From Lytechinus variegatus (Eukaryota), in NCBI RefSeq assembly GCF_018143015.1, contig NC_054743.1, positions 35,403,243 to 35,467,242 on the forward strand: 64,000 bases of DNA, read 5' to 3'. The translations under genes and the position numbers were made by a program. The notes under the pieces are model-generated. The model had not been told where the DNA came from. It saw nothing but the letters and a program-made list of their open reading frames with translations, and made no database searches. Shown one piece after another: positions 60,331 through 64,000 of this stretch; within the stretch, counting starts at the first letter, position 1, and each line of letters opens with the position of its first letter.

Positions 60331-60546
60331 TTTCTTTTGTATTGTATATGAAAAATGGAAATGTTTGATTTTTCCTCAATTTAATGTGAAACAGAGTAAA
60401 TGGGCATGTATGATTCCTCCCTATGTGATATTGCCTTTGTTGAAATCTACCGATTCAACATAAATTTTCCATATGGCCAGTTCTACAATGAAACTTGTAT
60501 ATATACATGTACGTAGACTCTCCCATGACTATATGAGTAACACTGT

Positions 60547-61064
60547 CCCGGGGGGGGGGGGCGGGGGCGGGCACTTACGAGTGGATACCATGCGCGACCA
60601 AAATACACATAAAAAGGATGTCTTTTTCAAGATAGGGCATGTTACGTACGTAACGTAATAAGGGTGTCAAAAAAATTTGCGAGGGTGTAAAAAATTAAGA
60701 CTAAATGTTTTATAAAGGATGTACTTTTGCCAAAAGAGTCAACACTACGCATTTAGAGTACCATTTGTGCGAGGTGTGGGAGGTGGGGCTGTACTAAAAC
60801 CAATGATGTAGGTTAAGGTAAAATCGACGACTGACGTCCGTGACATAACAATTGAAATGCGCTGTACTTGTTTAGGTTTCAATTCAGGGAATACTTGACA
60901 ATAGTATCGTTTTGTTTCCAATACTTGTTAAGGGTAGGGTCTCACACGCCAATACTTGTTAAGGGGTGCATTTTCAGAATATGGAAAATACGTGTTTAGG
61001 TTCCTTTTCGAGACCCCATGGTTGCGCACGGTATCCACTCGTCAATGGAAGTGGCCCCTCTGGG
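60547..61064. mobile_element. Non-autonomous TIR DNA transposon, copy 2, with a perfect 8-bp TSD AACACTGT
   Basis: aacactgt|ccc+G12+cgggggcgggcacttacgagtggataccatgcgcgacc...ggttgcgcacggtatccactcgtcaatggaagtggcccctctggg|aacactgt (TSD at 60539-60546 and 61065-61072). ~85% identical to 325-877. Confidence 0.8.
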
Positions 61065-61584
61065 AACACTGTGGTGTGTGATGTACTATTTTAAAAGCAA
61101 AATGTTAAGATGCCATTATTTTCATCCAGATCTAATTTTATTTTGATCATTATGATTATGTATTTGACTTTTTCACCATTTTTTCAAATCAAGTTTTTAA
61201 ATTAATGGGGTGGACTTGAACTTGCATTAAATCAAAACTGTAACTGTAACCTGTCAGGAATTGGGAAGAAAAATAAAATCTATGCGACTTCAGGGTCTGA
61301 AATCATCGGACTATTCCGGGATCAATACATCAAAAGTGTATCCTACATTTCTAATCCTAGCAAGAAAAAGAAAATTGATGTCAGCAATATAATGTAGGCC
61401 TACACATCAAGTTCCTCTGACAGTGCTTACAAAACATGAGAGAAAGTCTCGAGTACAAACAATTGGAGCGCCTCTGGCAGTTTTGCCTGCATTAAGCGAT
61501 TCAATATAGTAGAAGTCCTGACTTTCAAAACAGCTATCAAATAATTATTCACAAAAAACACAATTCCTATAATAATAAATATAC

Positions 61585-61960
61585 TACATTCATTGACCCT
61601 AAATGACATTCGACCTTGATCATGTGACCTAAGACTTGTGCAAGATGATCAGTGATATTTGATCACCCCTATGTCCACATTTCATGAACTGTATCCATAA
61701 ACTTTCAAAGTTATGATGGCAATTCAACGATTACCCCCAACGTGGCCAAAGTTCATTGACCTTAAATGACCTTTGACCTAGGTCATGTGACTTGAAACTT
61801 GCAAGGGATGTTCAGTGATATTGGATTACTCGTATGTCCAAGTTTTATGAACTAGTTGCATAAACTTTCAAGTTACAATGGTAATTCAACAAATACCCTC
61901 AACATGGCTAATGTTCATTGAAACTAATGACCATGGTCATGTGTTCTAAAATTTGCATGG
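61585..61960. repeat. Satellite-like tandem array, ~122-bp unit x ~3
   Basis: The unit ttcattgacc.taaatgac.tt.gacct.g.tcatgtgac.t.a.acttg..ag.gatg.tcagtgatat.tg.at.ac.c.tatgtcca..ttt.atgaact....c.ataaactttcaa.gtta..atgg.aattcaac.a.taccc.caac.tggc.aa.g starts near 61585, 61710 and 61835. Identity between units is ~75-80%. Confidence 0.7.
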
Positions 61961-63000
61961 GATGTTCATTGATACTTGATTACTCCTATGTCTAATTCCT
62001 ATGAGCTTTTCCATCGGAAAAAGCAGCGCCTATAGTCTCTCTCTGCTATGCAGCCGAGGCAAAAACGCTTGAGATCATGTACATGATATGGCTTGACTCA
62101 ATATAAATTTATAACTTGTGAACAGTTTACGCAAACCAGGGAAAAAATGCAAAAAGCCCTGGAAATTAAAAGAAATACACGTAGCCCCAGCAAATCTCAG
62201 TTCACTGCGATGCTATCAAGCTTTTTATGTAACACATTCAGGCAGTAGGTTGTGAAACTAGCAGCCCCCCCAAAAAAAAAAAAAGCCTTACACAAGCACC
62301 TATTATTAGCACATGCAACCAAGCAAGAAAACTAATGATTTTTTTACTCATTGGATTCTAAAAAAAAAATGGGTTAGACAGACGGATGAGCAGACAGACT
62401 AACCTAAAAACGCAATTCCTCTGGCAACCATATACAGTGGGTGGACTGAGGCTTAAAAAGCATTAGATATGGAGGGAAGTATAGACCAGTTGGTAGTTAC
62501 TTCATGTAATTTTGGTCAAATGGCCTTTCATGTATTTCATTGTGATTGGCAGATTTCAAAGCAAGATATTACATAGGCTTGCCTTACATAGCAGTATGAA
62601 GAAATTGAATAGACCAGGTGACTAGAATAGCACACCAATGAACACTCCATGAAGGTATTTGTTGCATTCCTACTTTGAATGCATATCATAGCATGTTGCA
62701 CAATCTACATGTACTTGGCAAACTGTGAAATACCAGTCGTTCGTGGAAGCATTGTTGTTTTCCGTGGATGTATTAAATGAAAACCACAATTCAAAAGAAT
62801 ATATGAATAATCAAGACATCAAAGTTGGTGCTTATCTCATTAGATTTTAAACCACCATGTCATTTGGTACAAATGACCTTCCTCTGATCATGCGTAGAAT
62901 CTTTTAATCATGCGCAGAAAGGAACTATGAACTGGCTTATTAGGATATGGCACAGTATATTAAATTACAAGATTCTACATTTACTCATATTTTATATTTG

Positions 63001-63290
63001 GGGGAGTCATGGTCTAGTGGTTACGACTCTCGTCTCTCAATCAGAGGGACGTGGGTTCAAATCCCCACCAAGGCATGTTTTCCTTCAGCAAGAAATTTAC
63101 CCACCATGTGCTGCACTCAACCCCGGTGAGGTGAATGGGTACCCAGAAGGTTTAATTCCTTGAAATGCACTGAGCACGTGAAGGCTGCTTGAGCTCAAGC
63201 TGGGGTAATAATGATAACAATGCGCATCAGAATAGATTATTTCTAGAGAGATGGCGCACTGTAAATGCCTGTTATTATTATTAAAGACAC
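63001..63290 (+). mobile_element. Composite tRNA-derived SINE
   Basis: gggggagtcatggtctagtggttacgactctcgtctctcaatcagagggacgtgggttcaaatccccaccaaggcatgttttccttcagcaagaaatttacccaccatgtgctgcactcaaccccggtgaggtgaatgggtacc...gcgcactgtaaatgcctgttattattatta. The ORFs 62927-63163 and 62947-63129 are artefacts. Confidence 0.7.
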
Positions 63291-64000
63291 TGCAGTTCTA
63301 AAGACAATCTCACATGCATACTAAGAAGAAAATATTTTCTGAACAAGGACTATTTTCCTATTACATTCTGGTGCCAAATGACACTCTTTTTGATCCAGGA
63401 GTAGGGGGGTCTGATGAGGACTCATCATCATTGCACATTTTTTGGGTCAGCACACACACAAACACACACATTGTTTCTGTTGAAGCAAGTCCTGTAGGAA
63501 CTCGGCAACGCAGCATTCCGCCGCAGTAACGTCAATCTGGCATAACCAATTACATTGGAAGCATTTTACACCTGAGTTTATTGATCATTAAAATGGCTGA
63601 TCTCATAGGTGGACAGAAAGTACTCACTGACCTTTTGGAGAAAACATGCTACCCATACACAAATCCAATCAAGTCATTTACAAAACAGAATAAAAAAAAA
63701 TGAATGTCTACACTCGACAGAAAAAAAAATTGCCAAGTTCAGCACTTTCATCTTGGGTAATTAAAAAATGCCCTATACTGCATGTACTCAAAGGAAAATA
63801 AATCAATTCTGTCAATAAACCATGCCCTATCAGTAAATTCAAACATCTGTAACAAATGTGTGTCTTCCTTCTTTATTTGCTACACCTGTATTGCCAAACA
63901 ACTATTTCTGGGGCTAGTTTGAAGCTAAATGGTAGTAGTTGCAGTAAAACCCTAATTTTGTGAGAAAGTCTGTAAAACCAAGGTTAAGTATGACTTTATC

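Noticed and set aside
61585-61960. A CRISPR-like array, meaning regular repeats of about 120 bp.
   Set aside because: The units are contiguous diverged tandem copies with no unique spacers. The window is clearly eukaryotic. I call it a satellite, not CRISPR. The same reasoning applies to 18676-19025.
1-64000. A prokaryote-style interpretation (operons, defence islands, CRISPR/Cas, phage) prompted by the six-frame ORF track.
   Set aside because: The sequence has spliced genes with GT-AG introns, SINEs, MITEs, microsatellites and about 35-40% GC with CpG depletion. It has no long ORF arrays and no Shine-Dalgarno-like periodicity, so it is a metazoan nuclear locus.

Overview
This window is AT-rich, repeat-dense animal (metazoan) nuclear DNA, not prokaryotic: it has GT-AG introns, tRNA-derived SINEs, microsatellites, and many MITE and foldback elements, and I see no operon structure, CRISPR array or rRNA. 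I can support two protein-coding genes, both on the minus strand. The first is a single-exon class-A (rhodopsin-like) GPCR at 4058-5167. The second is a five-exon gene whose spliced product (231 aa) matches, as I recall it, the vertebrate ZC4H2 (zinc-finger C4H2-type) protein. Its coding exons are 44679-44710, 38251-38422, 36930-37102, 35699-35903 and 34900-35013, all with canonical splice sites and consistent phases. A near-identical copy of its first exon plus donor lies about 950 bp upstream but has lost the ATG. The rest of the window is largely mobile-element derived: CACTG...CAGTG MITEs with TA flanks, TTAA-flanked MITE and foldback families that carry a TGACGTCA (CRE-like) palindrome, a two-copy TIR transposon with poly-G/poly-C termini and an 8-bp target-site duplication (TSD), one member of which is nested inside another repeat whose uninterrupted paralog is also in the window, a foldback element whose arms are tandem subrepeats, three copies of a composite tRNA-derived SINE, two or three satellite-like tandem arrays, and several microsatellites. 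The tRNA-like sequences look like SINE heads or pseudogenes, not functional tRNAs. All coordinates are hand-derived and carry roughly +/-5 bp uncertainty unless stated otherwise.
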